A DNA stretch of 64,000 nt, taken from assembly GCA_965209235.1 (NCBI GenBank), contig OZ242382.1, positions 490,403 through 554,402 on the forward strand, given 5' to 3'. This DNA is from Gammaproteobacteria bacterium. GTDB taxonomy: Bacteria > Pseudomonadota > Gammaproteobacteria > G965209235. The number at the start of each line of letters is the position of its first letter. Within the stretch, counting starts at the first letter, position 1. The position numbers and the translations under genes were made by a program. This document shows positions 9,058 to 19,214 of the stretch, piece by piece. The notes under the pieces are model-generated. The model did no database searches and was not told the origin of the DNA. It saw nothing but the letters and a program-made list of their open reading frames with translations.

Positions 9058-11270
9058 ACGGCAGTATCCAATAGCGAAACAGTCTCGGCTGAGAGAGGCA
9101 CCGAAGACTCGGCAAACAATTGTGATAGTGTGCGCGCCAACCCAAAGTGCTTGATCACCGCGAGTTCTTGGAGTTGGTAGAGATGCCCCAACATATCGTC
9201 TCGCAGGCCGCCGCTAACAACAGTGTCAGTCCATGATTGGAGAGCGTCCTCCCTCTGCACCTGATCGAAACCCGGAATGGTGCGCAGCTTCTGACGCTCT
9301 TGCGGCGCCACCGCCGATGCACTGGCATGCAACGACTGTTGTGACCGAATCCTGTGCGCCGTGCCCAACGCTGGCAGTCGCTCGAGACTGTGCTCCTCCA
9401 ACGACAGCATCCGGTCTTGGTTGCAGCCTAGCCACGTCGAGTTCGCGCCAGTCGCGAGCCGCGCTCCCCACATCCATCCATCATCGTGGAGCGGTGCCAC
9501 GCGCCGGATCGCCTCGATATCACAGACGGCTCGGTCTCTCAAAAAGCTCATGGGATACATCACGCCGTGGTTATGCGTTTGACGAATCAGCCACGGCCAC
9601 GGGAGCCCTGTTCGGTCTGGACCGAACGATGACGAGGCATATTGCAGCCAGTGCGGCCGGGATGGTCGTTGATCCGGTGAGAGCGTCACCCCTCGTTCTG
9701 CGCAGGCCAAGTGAAGGGCCCACGGCACCCAATTGCCACTGGCAAATCGCATCTCATCAGGCTCACCACTCAGAAGAGGCGCCAAATCTTGCGGCTCATA
9801 CAACACGTCATCGTCGACCACCAAGACGTCCATATCGCGCAGTGCCGGATCACCGGTGACGCTGTACCACTTGGTGTGAGGCCCAACGTCCGGGACGTAG
9901 CGTACCACCACGCCATGCGAGGACAACGTGCGAATTCCGGCTGGCAACGGTTCGTGCCTCATGCGCTCATCCAACCAAATGAATACACCCGCGGGGGCCG
10001 GATCTAAGTCACACAGCGCCATCGCGATGGCGTCCAACATCCCGTATCGTGAGGGCACGCTCGTCAGCGAAACCACGTACGGTCTTGCGCGCGTTCGCGT
10101 CGGTGCCGTTGGGGTCGGTCGCCGTATCTGGCGAGCGCGAATGTTCATCAGATGCTTTGCGCAAGACCGCCCGGCCCATGGACGCGCCAACCGCTCGCGC
10201 TGAGGTGACCCCGCAGGACATGCGGCCGCAGCTAACCGAAGTGGTGCCGCTGCCAATCGCGATGCACCAAACAGCACGATGTCTGAGAGGTGTTGCGCTG
10301 GCGTTGTGTTTGGGCCGGTGGGTTGGTCGGCCGGCCGCATCATGAATGCTGAAAACAGCTCGACGACGTTTGCACCGCAAGCCATCCGCCACTCTTCAAT
10401 CACAGTCGGAACACCCAAGGTGTCCATCGCGATCCGGCCCGCGATATTGACGGGGCGGGATAACAAGTCATGAGCGAGGGCGGACGAAACCCACGGATAC
10501 ACCTCACTGTCCCAGGCCAGATCAGATGCCGTGATAGCGGCTACGGGCGGGGCCTGATCACCGGCCACCAACTCCGGAGTCACAGGAATGCCTTGCGAGA
10601 CGACAGTTGCCCACAGCCACGCGTGCATCTCGTCGTCTGTGGCATCACCTGCGTGATCCGCCAAAGCCGTCGCCATAAGCCCGCAGACCTGATGCGGCAC
10701 TCGCACCCCCTGCGTGCAAGACGGAAACGTCATCCATCCCCAGTGAGGATCGTTGTCATCCAAGGCGGCCGCTGACCGCCGCAGATGTTTCGCATCCACA
10801 TCGGGCTGCAGTTGCCGGCCACTGCTCAACTGTGCTGTTTGAGTCGCCAACACGACACCCCACAGCGACACATCACTCGTGCGAAACCCAGCATGGCCAT
10901 CAGGCATGCTCATCAGTGCGGCGAGCGCACCTGCGATATCTAAGGGTTGGTCGGTCAGTTGCACCAAGACCAGATCACCCTCGTGACCCTGCGTCCGTTC
11001 GCTCAGATGCCGCCATGTATCGACCCAACGATCGCTGGCACCGTCGATCCACTCAACACCCGCACGGCCAGTGCGGTCCTCGGGAGGGCTACGCGAACCG
11101 CCCTCTGTTTGAGTCATGGCGATCACACGATCTGGGAAAGAAACCGCAGCATCTCGACGCCACGCATCGAGTGATTGTCGAATGGCCGTGTCGCGGCCGC
11201 GTAGAACAAGAACGGGTGGCGACACGATGCGGCAGAGCCTCTGAAAGCTCGCCACTTGGGGCGATTGCAC
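9054..11270 (-). CDS. Paralog of the GT-A-like DXD family with ~380-aa N-terminal extension of unknown function
   Basis: The C-terminal half carries YVVSLTSVPSRY...VFIWLDE...VVRYVPDVGPHTKWY...DVLVVDDD. The N-terminal extension has no recognisable motifs, and the true start is uncertain because only 47 bp separate it from the divergent gene. Confidence 0.55.
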   Translation of the reverse strand: MQSPQVASFQRLCRIVSPPVLVLRGRDTAIRQSLDAWRRDAAVSFPDRVIAMTQTEGGSRSPPEDRTGRAGVEWIDGASDRWVDTWRHLSERTQGHEGDLVLVQLTDQPLDIAGALAALMSMPDGHAGFRTSDVSLWGVVLATQTAQLSSGRQLQPDVDAKHLRRSAAALDDNDPHWGWMTFPSCTQGVRVPHQVCGLMATALADHAGDATDDEMHAWLWATVVSQGIPVTPELVAGDQAPPVAAITASDLAWDSEVYPWVSSALAHDLLSRPVNIAGRIAMDTLGVPTVIEEWRMACGANVVELFSAFMMRPADQPTGPNTTPAQHLSDIVLFGASRLAAAPLRLAAAACPAGSPQRERLARPWAGRSCAKHLMNIRARQIRRPTPTAPTRTRARPYVVSLTSVPSRYGMLDAIAMALCDLDPAPAGVFIWLDERMRHEPLPAGIRTLSSHGVVVRYVPDVGPHTKWYSVTGDPALRDMDVLVVDDDVLYEPQDLAPLLSGEPDEMRFASGNWVPWALHLACAERGVTLSPDQRPSRPHWLQYASSSFGPDRTGLPWPWLIRQTHNHGVMYPMSFLRDRAVCDIEAIRRVAPLHDDGWMWGARLATGANSTWLGCNQDRMLSLEEHSLERLPALGTAHRIRSQQSLHASASAVAPQERQKLRTIPGFDQVQREDALQSWTDTVVSGGLRDDMLGHLYQLQELAVIKHFGLARTLSQLFAESSVPLSAETVSLLDTAV

Positions 11271-11317
11271 TCATTGTAAAAACATAGAATCCCAAAGAAG
11301 TTTGTGGGGAATGAGCT

Positions 11318-11989
11318 GTGTCATATCCGTCGTCGTACGAAATCGCACACTACATACCGGCGACCGGCCGGCTGACGCTGAGACGGCCGCTCACGCCTGA
11401 CTTACTCCGAACCAATGTTCTGGCAGCCATTGATCAACCCGCAGCCCCCGATACGCTCCGCCGAGGCTCAGTCCTCGTCGGGTTGTATGAGTCCTCTCTG
11501 GGAACGGAAGTCGTATACGTGGAACGGTCCAAGGAACTCCCGCGGCACGGCGGTGAAGTCGCTTTTCCGGGCGGTCACTTTGAAGAAGGCGACCATGATC
11601 ACTGGGCGACGGCACTTCGCGAAGCGCACGAAGAAGTCGGCCTTGATCCGAAACATGTGGAGCCAATCGGCACGCTTCCGCCAATCGTCTCACGCTTTGG
11701 CACATCCGTTATCCCGTGCGTCGGTCGCTTGTCGAAAGACGCCTCATGGCATGTTGCCAGTGATGAGATCGCGTTTACGTTCTCCGCACCCCTTGATTGG
11801 CTGGCCTGCAACCTTGGCATCGAACACGATGAGTTTGAGGTCGAGGGCGAAACGTGGCGTGTCCCCGTTTGGCCGTGCGGAGGTCACCGCATTTGGGGAC
11901 TGACGGCCATGATCACCGTTGAACTATTACGTCTTGGGTACGGGATTGACCTCCCCTATCAATGGCGCCCACGCACCCTCGGAGGCTGA
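11318..11989 (+). CDS. CoA pyrophosphatase-type NUDIX hydrolase (NudL-like)
   Basis: It has the [16 protein letters not shown] signature (the NudL family HxGxVxFPGG motif) followed by a Nudix box (REAHEEVGL). Confidence 0.8.
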   Translation: MSYPSSYEIAHYIPATGRLTLRRPLTPDLLRTNVLAAIDQPAAPDTLRRGSVLVGLYESSLGTEVVYVERSKELPRHGGEVAFPGGHFEEGDHDHWATALREAHEEVGLDPKHVEPIGTLPPIVSRFGTSVIPCVGRLSKDASWHVASDEIAFTFSAPLDWLACNLGIEHDEFEVEGETWRVPVWPCGGHRIWGLTAMITVELLRLGYGIDLPYQWRPRTLGG

Positions 11990-11991
11990 CC

Positions 11992-12522
11992 ATGCTGTAT
12001 TCACTGGATGGACGCGAAGTCAATATCGCAGGACCAAGAGTGTGGGTCGCGCCAGACGCGACCGTTCTTGGCAAAGTCACACTGCATGAAGGAGCCACGG
12101 TGTGGTTTGGCGCCGTGCTTCGCGGCGACACCGAAGAAATCACGATTGGACCGGACACCAACGTCCAAGACTTGTCAGTGGTGCATACGGACATCGGCTT
12201 CCCCACGACGCTGGGACGCGGAGTGACCGTGGGCCATCGCGTGGTGATTCATGGCTGCACAATCGGCGATTACAGCCTCATCGGCATTAACTCCGTTGTC
12301 CTCAACGGCGCCAAGATTGGCAACGAATGTCTCGTAGGAGCACACAGTTTGGTGACAGAAGGGAAATCTTTTCCGGACCGTTCGCTCATCATGGGGTCGC
12401 CTGCCAAGGTCGTTCGCCAGCTCACCGATGCCGAAGTCGAGAATATCCGCAATTCCGCTGCGCACTACTCGCAAAACGGGCAGCGATTCGCGGCAGGCCT
12501 GCATGAGACCGCAACTCCGTAG
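11992..12522 (+). CDS. Gamma-class carbonic anhydrase-like / hexapeptide-repeat protein (YrdA/PaaY family)
   Basis: It shows left-handed beta-helix hexapeptide repeats. A GGAGG RBS sits 8 bp before the ATG at 11992, and the ORF-track start at 11962 overlaps the previous gene. Confidence 0.8.
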   Translation: MLYSLDGREVNIAGPRVWVAPDATVLGKVTLHEGATVWFGAVLRGDTEEITIGPDTNVQDLSVVHTDIGFPTTLGRGVTVGHRVVIHGCTIGDYSLIGINSVVLNGAKIGNECLVGAHSLVTEGKSFPDRSLIMGSPAKVVRQLTDAEVENIRNSAAHYSQNGQRFAAGLHETATP

Positions 12523-12552
12523 AATCTGTGGCCAAATCCCCCGATTTCCCTC

Positions 12553-13272
12553 ATGATTAAACGCGTTCCTTACAAGCACGGCAACCTGCAGTGCACAGGA
12601 TATTTCGCCCCTTCTCCATACGGAGGCAAACAGCCCACAGTGATCTGCGTGCATGCGTGGAGTGGGCTTGACGATTTCGTCATTTCCAAAGCCGAACGCA
12701 TCGCGCGTGAATACGGCTACAACGCTTTCGCCATCGACATGTTTGGTGATGGCAAAAATCCGCAATCCGTCGAAGAAAAGATGTCGGTCCTCAAACCTTT
12801 CCTCGATGGGCGGAAGCTCACAAGAGACAGGGCGAAGGCTGGCATGGATGCCATGATCACACACGCAGGCGACCAGATCGATACCGACCGTATCGCTGTG
12901 ATGGGGTATTGTTTTGGTGGCATGGTGGCCCTCGAATTCGCACGCAGCGGCGCGGACATTCGCGCAGCCGTCGCCTTCCACGGATTAATCCAGCCTGGCG
13001 CTGACGTCCCCGCCGCCACAGACATCAAAGCATCCGTCCTCGCGCTCAACGGCGATGCCGACCCCATGGTGCCCGTCGAAAGCGTGATGAGCTTTATGGA
13101 AGAGATGAATGGTTGCAACGCAGATTGGACGTTGATCAACTACGGCAACGCTGCGCATTCCTTTACGTTCCCGACAAACTACGATCCTGAAAATGGTCAC
13201 GCCTATGACCCCGTGATCACCGAGCGTTCATGGAGAGCCATGGTGGACTTGTTTGAAGAACGCTTGAGCTAA
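12553..13272 (+). CDS. Dienelactone hydrolase family protein
   Basis: It has DLH-family architecture: ICVHAWSGLDDF, a nucleophile elbow (GYCFGG) and a C-terminal His. Confidence 0.8.
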   Translation: MIKRVPYKHGNLQCTGYFAPSPYGGKQPTVICVHAWSGLDDFVISKAERIAREYGYNAFAIDMFGDGKNPQSVEEKMSVLKPFLDGRKLTRDRAKAGMDAMITHAGDQIDTDRIAVMGYCFGGMVALEFARSGADIRAAVAFHGLIQPGADVPAATDIKASVLALNGDADPMVPVESVMSFMEEMNGCNADWTLINYGNAAHSFTFPTNYDPENGHAYDPVITERSWRAMVDLFEERLS

Positions 13273-13288
13273 CCCCCCTCTTCATCCC

Positions 13289-15910
13289 ATGAACAGCGCA
13301 GACATCCGCCGTGCGTTTCTCGCGCACTTCGAGCAACGCGACCACGAGGTGGTCGCGTCTGCGCCGTTGGTACCCAAAGGAGACGATACGCTCCTGTTCA
13401 CCAACGCCGGCATGGTGCCGTTCAAAGAGGTTTTCACTGGTGTGGAGCGGCGCCAACATCCTCGTGCCGTCAGTTCACAGCAGTGCGTGCGCGCGGGTGG
13501 CAAGCACAACGATCTTGACAACGTGGGATTCACGACACGTCATCACACGTTCTTCGAGATGCTCGGGAATTTCTCGTTTGGCGACTACGGCAAGCGCGAG
13601 GCCATTGAATGGTCATGGGAACTGCTGACTCAAACGTTTGGCATGGACGACAAGCGTCTGATCATCACCGTTCATAACACCGACGACGAGGCGGCGGCGA
13701 TTTGGCACACTCACATGGGTGTGCCGCGCGAACGCATCATTCGCTTAGGCGACAACTCGAACTTCTGGCAGATGGGACCGACTGGACCCTGTGGGCCCTG
13801 CAGTGAGATTTTTTTTGATCATGGTCATCAGGTCTCTGGCGGACCTCCAGGCCACCCAGATGAAGATGGCGATCGCTTCACCGAGATCTGGAATCTCGTC
13901 TTCATGCAATACGACCAGACCGAGACAAAACGCATCCCGTTGCCTAACCCGTGCATCGATACAGGCATGGGGCTGGAACGTATTAGCGCCGCCCTTCAAG
14001 GCACGCATGACAACTTCCGCACAGATCTCTTTATGCCGCTTCTCCAAGCGGCTCACGCTGAAACCGACAGCAAAGCGCCAGACTCCCCGCAGCTTCGCGT
14101 CATGGCTGATCATGCCCGCGCGGTGGTCTTTCTGTTGGCCGCGGGTGTGTCTTTTAATCCTGATGGCCGTGGGTACGTCCTGAGGCGAATCTTGAGGCGC
14201 GCGCTTCGCGCGGCTCACAAAGTAGGACGTGCTGAAGCATCCTTGATCCCCGTGATTCGTGAAGTGATTGCGCTGATGCAAGACGCCTATCCTGAGGTTC
14301 AGAAGCTCGCGCCGACGATTGAACAAGCTGTCACGCAGGAAGAAGACCTGGCCCGCGAGACTCTCGCTCGGGCGGCGCACGCCTTTCAAAAGGAGCGCGC
14401 CGATATGTCATCAGATGTGATGTCAGGCGACAGGCTCTTTTACTTGTACGACACGCTGGGCATGCCGCTGGATCTCGCACAAGACCTCGCACAAGAACAC
14501 GATATTCGCCTCGATATGGCGCAGTTTGATAGTGAGCTTGCTCAACAGCGAGCTCGCGCGAAAAGCGACCGTGCAGAAGCTGGCAGCCGCACTGCCACCG
14601 CGCAACAAGCACTGACCGGCGAACAACCCACCGAATTTATGGGATACGATGCCACATCATGGAACGCGCGTGTGACTCGGCTTCTGACACGTGGCATGGT
14701 TGACGTGAAAGAGCTCCCCCAAGGCGCACTGGGATGTGCGATCTTGGATCAGACGCCGTTTTACGCCGAAGGCGGCGGTCAAGCCGGCGATCATGGCATC
14801 CTGCGCACCGGTGACGGGGTGCGGGTGGAAGTGTCGGACTGCCGTAAGGTGGGAGACGTCTATGTGCACGACATCACCACACAAGAAGGCGTGCTCACGC
14901 ACGGTCGTGATGTCTTTGCGCAAGTCGATCCGGCGGCTCGCCGTGAAGCCGCCAGCCACCACAGTGCAACGCACCTGCTGTACTCGTCATTGCGAGAACT
15001 CTTCCCAGAGCACGACATTCAGCAACGTGGATCCTCTGTCTCTAGCGAGGGCCTGCGTTTCGACTTTACGGCTCCTCAGCAAATCACCGCCGAACAGCTC
15101 ATTTGGCTCGAAGACCGGGTCAACGAACATATTCGTGCAGCGGTTGACGTCACCACCGATGTGATGAATATTCAAGCAGCGCGCGCCAGCGGCGCTCATG
15201 CGCAGTTCGATGAAAAGTACGGCGATACCGTGCGCGTCCTCACCATGGGGATCAAAGGGATTTCGAAAGAGTTCTGCGGGGGGACGCATGTTGCCAATAC
15301 GCGCGACTGCCTCGCGTTTGTGATTACGGAAGAGAGTGCCATCGCGTCGGGCGTCCGGCGTATCACTGCCTTGGCCGGTGATGCTGCGATCGCTCACCTA
15401 CGTCGTTCAAATCACGAATACACAGCAACCCTCAAGGCACTGAGTGCCAAACCGGGCACGCTCGAAGAGCGCGTGACAGAGCTCAGGATGTCTCTTAAGA
15501 AGGCCCGGGCGCAAGCGAAAAAAGAGGCGATGAAGCCCGTGGCGCCGGCCTCCTCCGTGGAACGTGAGCAAGTCGCGGGCGTTTGGTTCGAGCATGCCAT
15601 CGTCCCGGATGCGGATGGCGCCGCGCTACGCGCGATGGCGGATCAGATCCGCTCGAAAGACAACACCGTGGGGGTGTTAATCGGAACATTCGAGAGCAAG
15701 GCTGTGGCCACAATCAGCGTCGCCTCTTCATTACTTGGCAGAATCTCTGCCAAAGATCTCTCTCTCCCCGTGTTTTCAGCATTGGGCGGGAAAGGCGGCG
15801 GTCGACCAGATTTGGTGCAAGGCGGCGGGACTCAGCCTCAAGGCGCTGAGCAAGCCGTGGCAGCAGCTCGAACCTGGCTCGCTGCCCAAAGCGACCTCTC
15901 ACCATCATGA
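13289..15910 (+). CDS. alaS: Alanine--tRNA ligase
   Basis: 873 aa with the class II aaRS motifs FTNAGMVPFK and the editing/C-Ala domains; it is collinear with AlaS. Confidence 0.97.
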   Translation: MNSADIRRAFLAHFEQRDHEVVASAPLVPKGDDTLLFTNAGMVPFKEVFTGVERRQHPRAVSSQQCVRAGGKHNDLDNVGFTTRHHTFFEMLGNFSFGDYGKREAIEWSWELLTQTFGMDDKRLIITVHNTDDEAAAIWHTHMGVPRERIIRLGDNSNFWQMGPTGPCGPCSEIFFDHGHQVSGGPPGHPDEDGDRFTEIWNLVFMQYDQTETKRIPLPNPCIDTGMGLERISAALQGTHDNFRTDLFMPLLQAAHAETDSKAPDSPQLRVMADHARAVVFLLAAGVSFNPDGRGYVLRRILRRALRAAHKVGRAEASLIPVIREVIALMQDAYPEVQKLAPTIEQAVTQEEDLARETLARAAHAFQKERADMSSDVMSGDRLFYLYDTLGMPLDLAQDLAQEHDIRLDMAQFDSELAQQRARAKSDRAEAGSRTATAQQALTGEQPTEFMGYDATSWNARVTRLLTRGMVDVKELPQGALGCAILDQTPFYAEGGGQAGDHGILRTGDGVRVEVSDCRKVGDVYVHDITTQEGVLTHGRDVFAQVDPAARREAASHHSATHLLYSSLRELFPEHDIQQRGSSVSSEGLRFDFTAPQQITAEQLIWLEDRVNEHIRAAVDVTTDVMNIQAARASGAHAQFDEKYGDTVRVLTMGIKGISKEFCGGTHVANTRDCLAFVITEESAIASGVRRITALAGDAAIAHLRRSNHEYTATLKALSAKPGTLEERVTELRMSLKKARAQAKKEAMKPVAPASSVEREQVAGVWFEHAIVPDADGAALRAMADQIRSKDNTVGVLIGTFESKAVATISVASSLLGRISAKDLSLPVFSALGGKGGGRPDLVQGGGTQPQGAEQAVAAARTWLAAQSDLSPS

Positions 15911-17211
15911 AACACAGCACCAAGCCGTTGCTGATCGCAAAGTTCGGCGGCACCTCCATCGCTTCGCAGCGCAAAATGCGCCGCGCAGCGGACGTCATCC
16001 ATGACCTCAAACATGATCATGAAGTCATCGTGGTGGCATCCGCGATGGGTAAGCGAACGGACCGTCTCATGGCCTTGGCGCAGACGATCCACCCTGATGC
16101 GCCATTGCGTGAAGTTGACAGATTGCTGTCGACGGGGGAGCTCGAAAGTTGCCCCCTCCTCACGATGGCGCTGTGCCGCATTGGCGTGAACGCCCAATCA
16201 CTCAGTGGCGCCGAAGCTGGCATCGTCACGAGTAGTGATCACGGGGCTGCGGTCATCTCATATCTCGAAGGCGAAGGCCTGAAGCGCGTGCAAGTCCTCT
16301 TGCAATCAGGCATCACACCGGTCATCGCGGGATTTCAAGGTCGGAGCGAAGACGGAAATGTGACCACACTGGGCCGCGGCGGGTCCGATATCACCGCGGT
16401 CATGCTGGGACACGCTTTCAAAGCTGATGAAGTTCGCATCTACACCGATGTGGATGGCGTCATGTCAGCCGACCCACGGATGATCAAAGACGCGCAAGTC
16501 AAGCCATCCTTGACGACCCTGGATATGCGCACCATGGCGGATGCCGGCGCACAGGTTCTTCACCCGCGTGCTGCCAGCCTGACCGAGCGGCAGAAATTGC
16601 GGGTCCGCATTCAGCCGGTGAACAAAGATGCCAAAGGCACGGTACTGGTGAGCGATGTCTTAGGCGAGCCTCAACCTGGGCGCGCAACCGCCGTGGTCAG
16701 CGACATGTCACATGTCCTTTTGACTGCGAAAGACTTGGCGCATCACCCGACCACCAATCATGTGCTCCTAGATGCACTTGCGTGCATAGACGTGACGCCT
16801 ACGATGTTTGAATGTCAAGGCCATGCCAACAGTGACCTCGCGACTGCGACGTTTCTCATCAAACGGGATGATGAACGCAAAGCGATGTCGATCCTCAACG
16901 AGATGGCCGCGCAGGAGCCAGGCAAGCTAGGGACACCTGCATTCCAAACGGAACACAGCGTGGCCACCGTTACGGTCGTCGGTGACATGACGAATGGAGG
17001 AGGGCAAGCACTGCGCACCGCAACCTCCGCGCTGGCATCAGAGCACGTGTTACCGCGCCTGATGACGAGCACTCACCGTCAACTGACCATCGTGGTTGAT
17101 GATGCGATCGTCAATCGAGTCGTGACCGCGCTGCATCAGGCCTTCGGGTTGTCTGAACGTGAATCAGACAAACAAAGTAGACTAGTACTGACGTCAGGAT
17201 CTCGCGCCTGA
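15907..17211 (+). CDS. lysC: Aspartate kinase
   Basis: It has KFGGTS, GRGGSD and C-terminal ACT domains, and overlaps alaS by 4 bp. Confidence 0.93.
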   Translation: MKHSTKPLLIAKFGGTSIASQRKMRRAADVIHDLKHDHEVIVVASAMGKRTDRLMALAQTIHPDAPLREVDRLLSTGELESCPLLTMALCRIGVNAQSLSGAEAGIVTSSDHGAAVISYLEGEGLKRVQVLLQSGITPVIAGFQGRSEDGNVTTLGRGGSDITAVMLGHAFKADEVRIYTDVDGVMSADPRMIKDAQVKPSLTTLDMRTMADAGAQVLHPRAASLTERQKLRVRIQPVNKDAKGTVLVSDVLGEPQPGRATAVVSDMSHVLLTAKDLAHHPTTNHVLLDALACIDVTPTMFECQGHANSDLATATFLIKRDDERKAMSILNEMAAQEPGKLGTPAFQTEHSVATVTVVGDMTNGGGQALRTATSALASEHVLPRLMTSTHRQLTIVVDDAIVNRVVTALHQAFGLSERESDKQSRLVLTSGSRA

Positions 17212-17214
17212 CAC

Positions 17215-17304
<90 letters not shown>

Positions 17305-17420
17305 AGTGATCACATATTCAACAACCACACCCCCTCGCTGACACGCTCGATGGTAGCGCGCACGTACCCTTGCACACTGCGAGATAAACTTGCGGTTACG
17401 CCATCAGATGCACGGTCGCC

Positions 17421-18323
17421 TTGGAGCACTTCGTCGCCAGAATCTCACTGGAATCTCTCGAACGATTTCTTGAAACGATTGAAGGTAACTTTCTCATATA
17501 CCTCACCGCGGCTCTCTTCTTGCTCGAACTCGTGCGTTATGGAGTCAAGAAACGACTGAGCGCCAGCCTGATTGGTGATAGCTTGGCCAACGGTGTGACC
17601 TTTATGGTTTTTGGCGTGATCACGTATTTCGTGATCGGAGCGTTTTATGTCTCAGGTTACTACTGGGCGTGGTCCATTGCCCCCTATTGGCTTGACATCA
17701 CCCCTCTCTCTATCATTGCATGCGTAGTGCTTGCTGACCTTTGCTACTACTGCGAACACCGATTTACCCATCGCGTGAATGTCGCTTGGGCAACTCATAG
17801 TGTCCACCACTCTTCACCACACTTCAATCTCTCGGTGGCGTACAGATTTGGACCGATGGATGCCTTCTGGCCGTTCTTTTTTCATGTACCGCTGGTACTG
17901 ATGGGATTTGACCCTATCTTGGTCCTCGTCTCCGAAGCTGTCGTGCAGGCCTATCAGACATGGCTTCATACCGAGGCCATCGGAAAGTTACCGCGGCCGG
18001 TGGAGTTAGTGATGAACACGCCGTCGCATCATCGCGTGCATCACGCGCGGAATCCGCAGTACATCGATAAAAACTATGGTGGTATCTTCATCATCTGGGA
18101 CAGACTCTTCGGCTCTTTCGCGAAAGAGGGAACTGAGGTTGACTATGGGCTTGTGAAGTCCATTCATAGCATCAATCCCGTGAAAATCATGTCTCATGGA
18201 TTTTCTCAGCTAGCTTATGCGTTCGTACGTGCGCAGGGCATTCGAAAACTGAGGTTGCTAATTGGCCCTCCAAGGATGATCACCGACGTGCCTGATCGGC
18301 AGGATTCCATATCAACACAGTGA
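17421..18323 (+). CDS. Fatty acid hydroxylase superfamily / sterol desaturase family integral membrane protein
   Basis: The His boxes HRFTH, HSVHHSS and HHRVHH sit within TM segments. GC is lower (~50%) than the core genes. Confidence 0.8.
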   Translation: MEHFVARISLESLERFLETIEGNFLIYLTAALFLLELVRYGVKKRLSASLIGDSLANGVTFMVFGVITYFVIGAFYVSGYYWAWSIAPYWLDITPLSIIACVVLADLCYYCEHRFTHRVNVAWATHSVHHSSPHFNLSVAYRFGPMDAFWPFFFHVPLVLMGFDPILVLVSEAVVQAYQTWLHTEAIGKLPRPVELVMNTPSHHRVHHARNPQYIDKNYGGIFIIWDRLFGSFAKEGTEVDYGLVKSIHSINPVKIMSHGFSQLAYAFVRAQGIRKLRLLIGPPRMITDVPDRQDSISTQ

Positions 18324-19214
18324 CTTGTGTTCGGGATGCACTCCTGCCTTGAGACGTCGGTGATCCGGTTACAAATCTGTAAGGGAAACGCATAAATGTA
18401 TCGAGATAGTGTGCATCTGCTCACTCCCGGTGCCACCAATTGACTGAAATTAACGCTTGTGCCAGTTATTGGATGTGACCACCAAGTCAGAGCGTGAAGC
18501 GGGTTGTGAATCCCCAAGTTGAATGACTTCCACGCCAAAACCAAAATACGATGTCGAGGCATCCGTGCGGGCATTGCGCCACTCTCAGGCTTGACGAAGT
18601 TCGTCATGTATCTGCTTGTCCACCCAAACCACAACGGATGCATTGAATCCAATGTGTCCGTCAACAGTTTTCCGAGGTGATCATGATCCGTCCGCTCAAG
18701 TTGATGCTCGATGATGACAACGTGTTCCATACCCGCTGCTCTGGCGAAAATGGCCAAAGAGATATCATCGACCGGCTGCTCTGTTTCGATGAGTTCGAGA
18801 TCCACCCCAAAACTACGGGGTGCAGTCAAAGGCCAAGTTTGCCCAGATCGCCCGAAGGTCAACTTTGGCGATCGTTCCAAGCTCGCTCACACTCAAGTCA
18901 GCATACTTGGCATGCGGTTATCGACAAACTCCTCACCCGGTGAAGATATCGACACGATCTCCTTGAGCTATAGCACTCTCGGGTATTGCTCGCTCAGGAC
19001 AGTGCAGCAGGCTCCCGCTGTCTTGCCGGCCAAAGTACAAACGCGAGTGCTCCAGCAAATTCAGCATCTCCTGATGGAGACTCTGCCTTCGTTGAGTGTG
19101 TCATGCGCGAGAGTCCGCAGCTGATGTTTCTCAGATGTACCTATGACGGGAGTGGCGGAAGAGCCTCACAATGGGTCGGTCTTATGAACGCCAAACAAGC
19201 ACCTACCAGACCTC

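Noticed and set aside
18215-18880. 221-aa minus-strand ORF overlapping the 3' end of the hydroxylase gene, plus the 88- and 137-aa plus-strand ORFs
   Set aside because: They overlap one another, have no recognisable domain, and sit in a low-GC decayed region. I treat them as non-coding or remnant; see the finding on 18324-19214.
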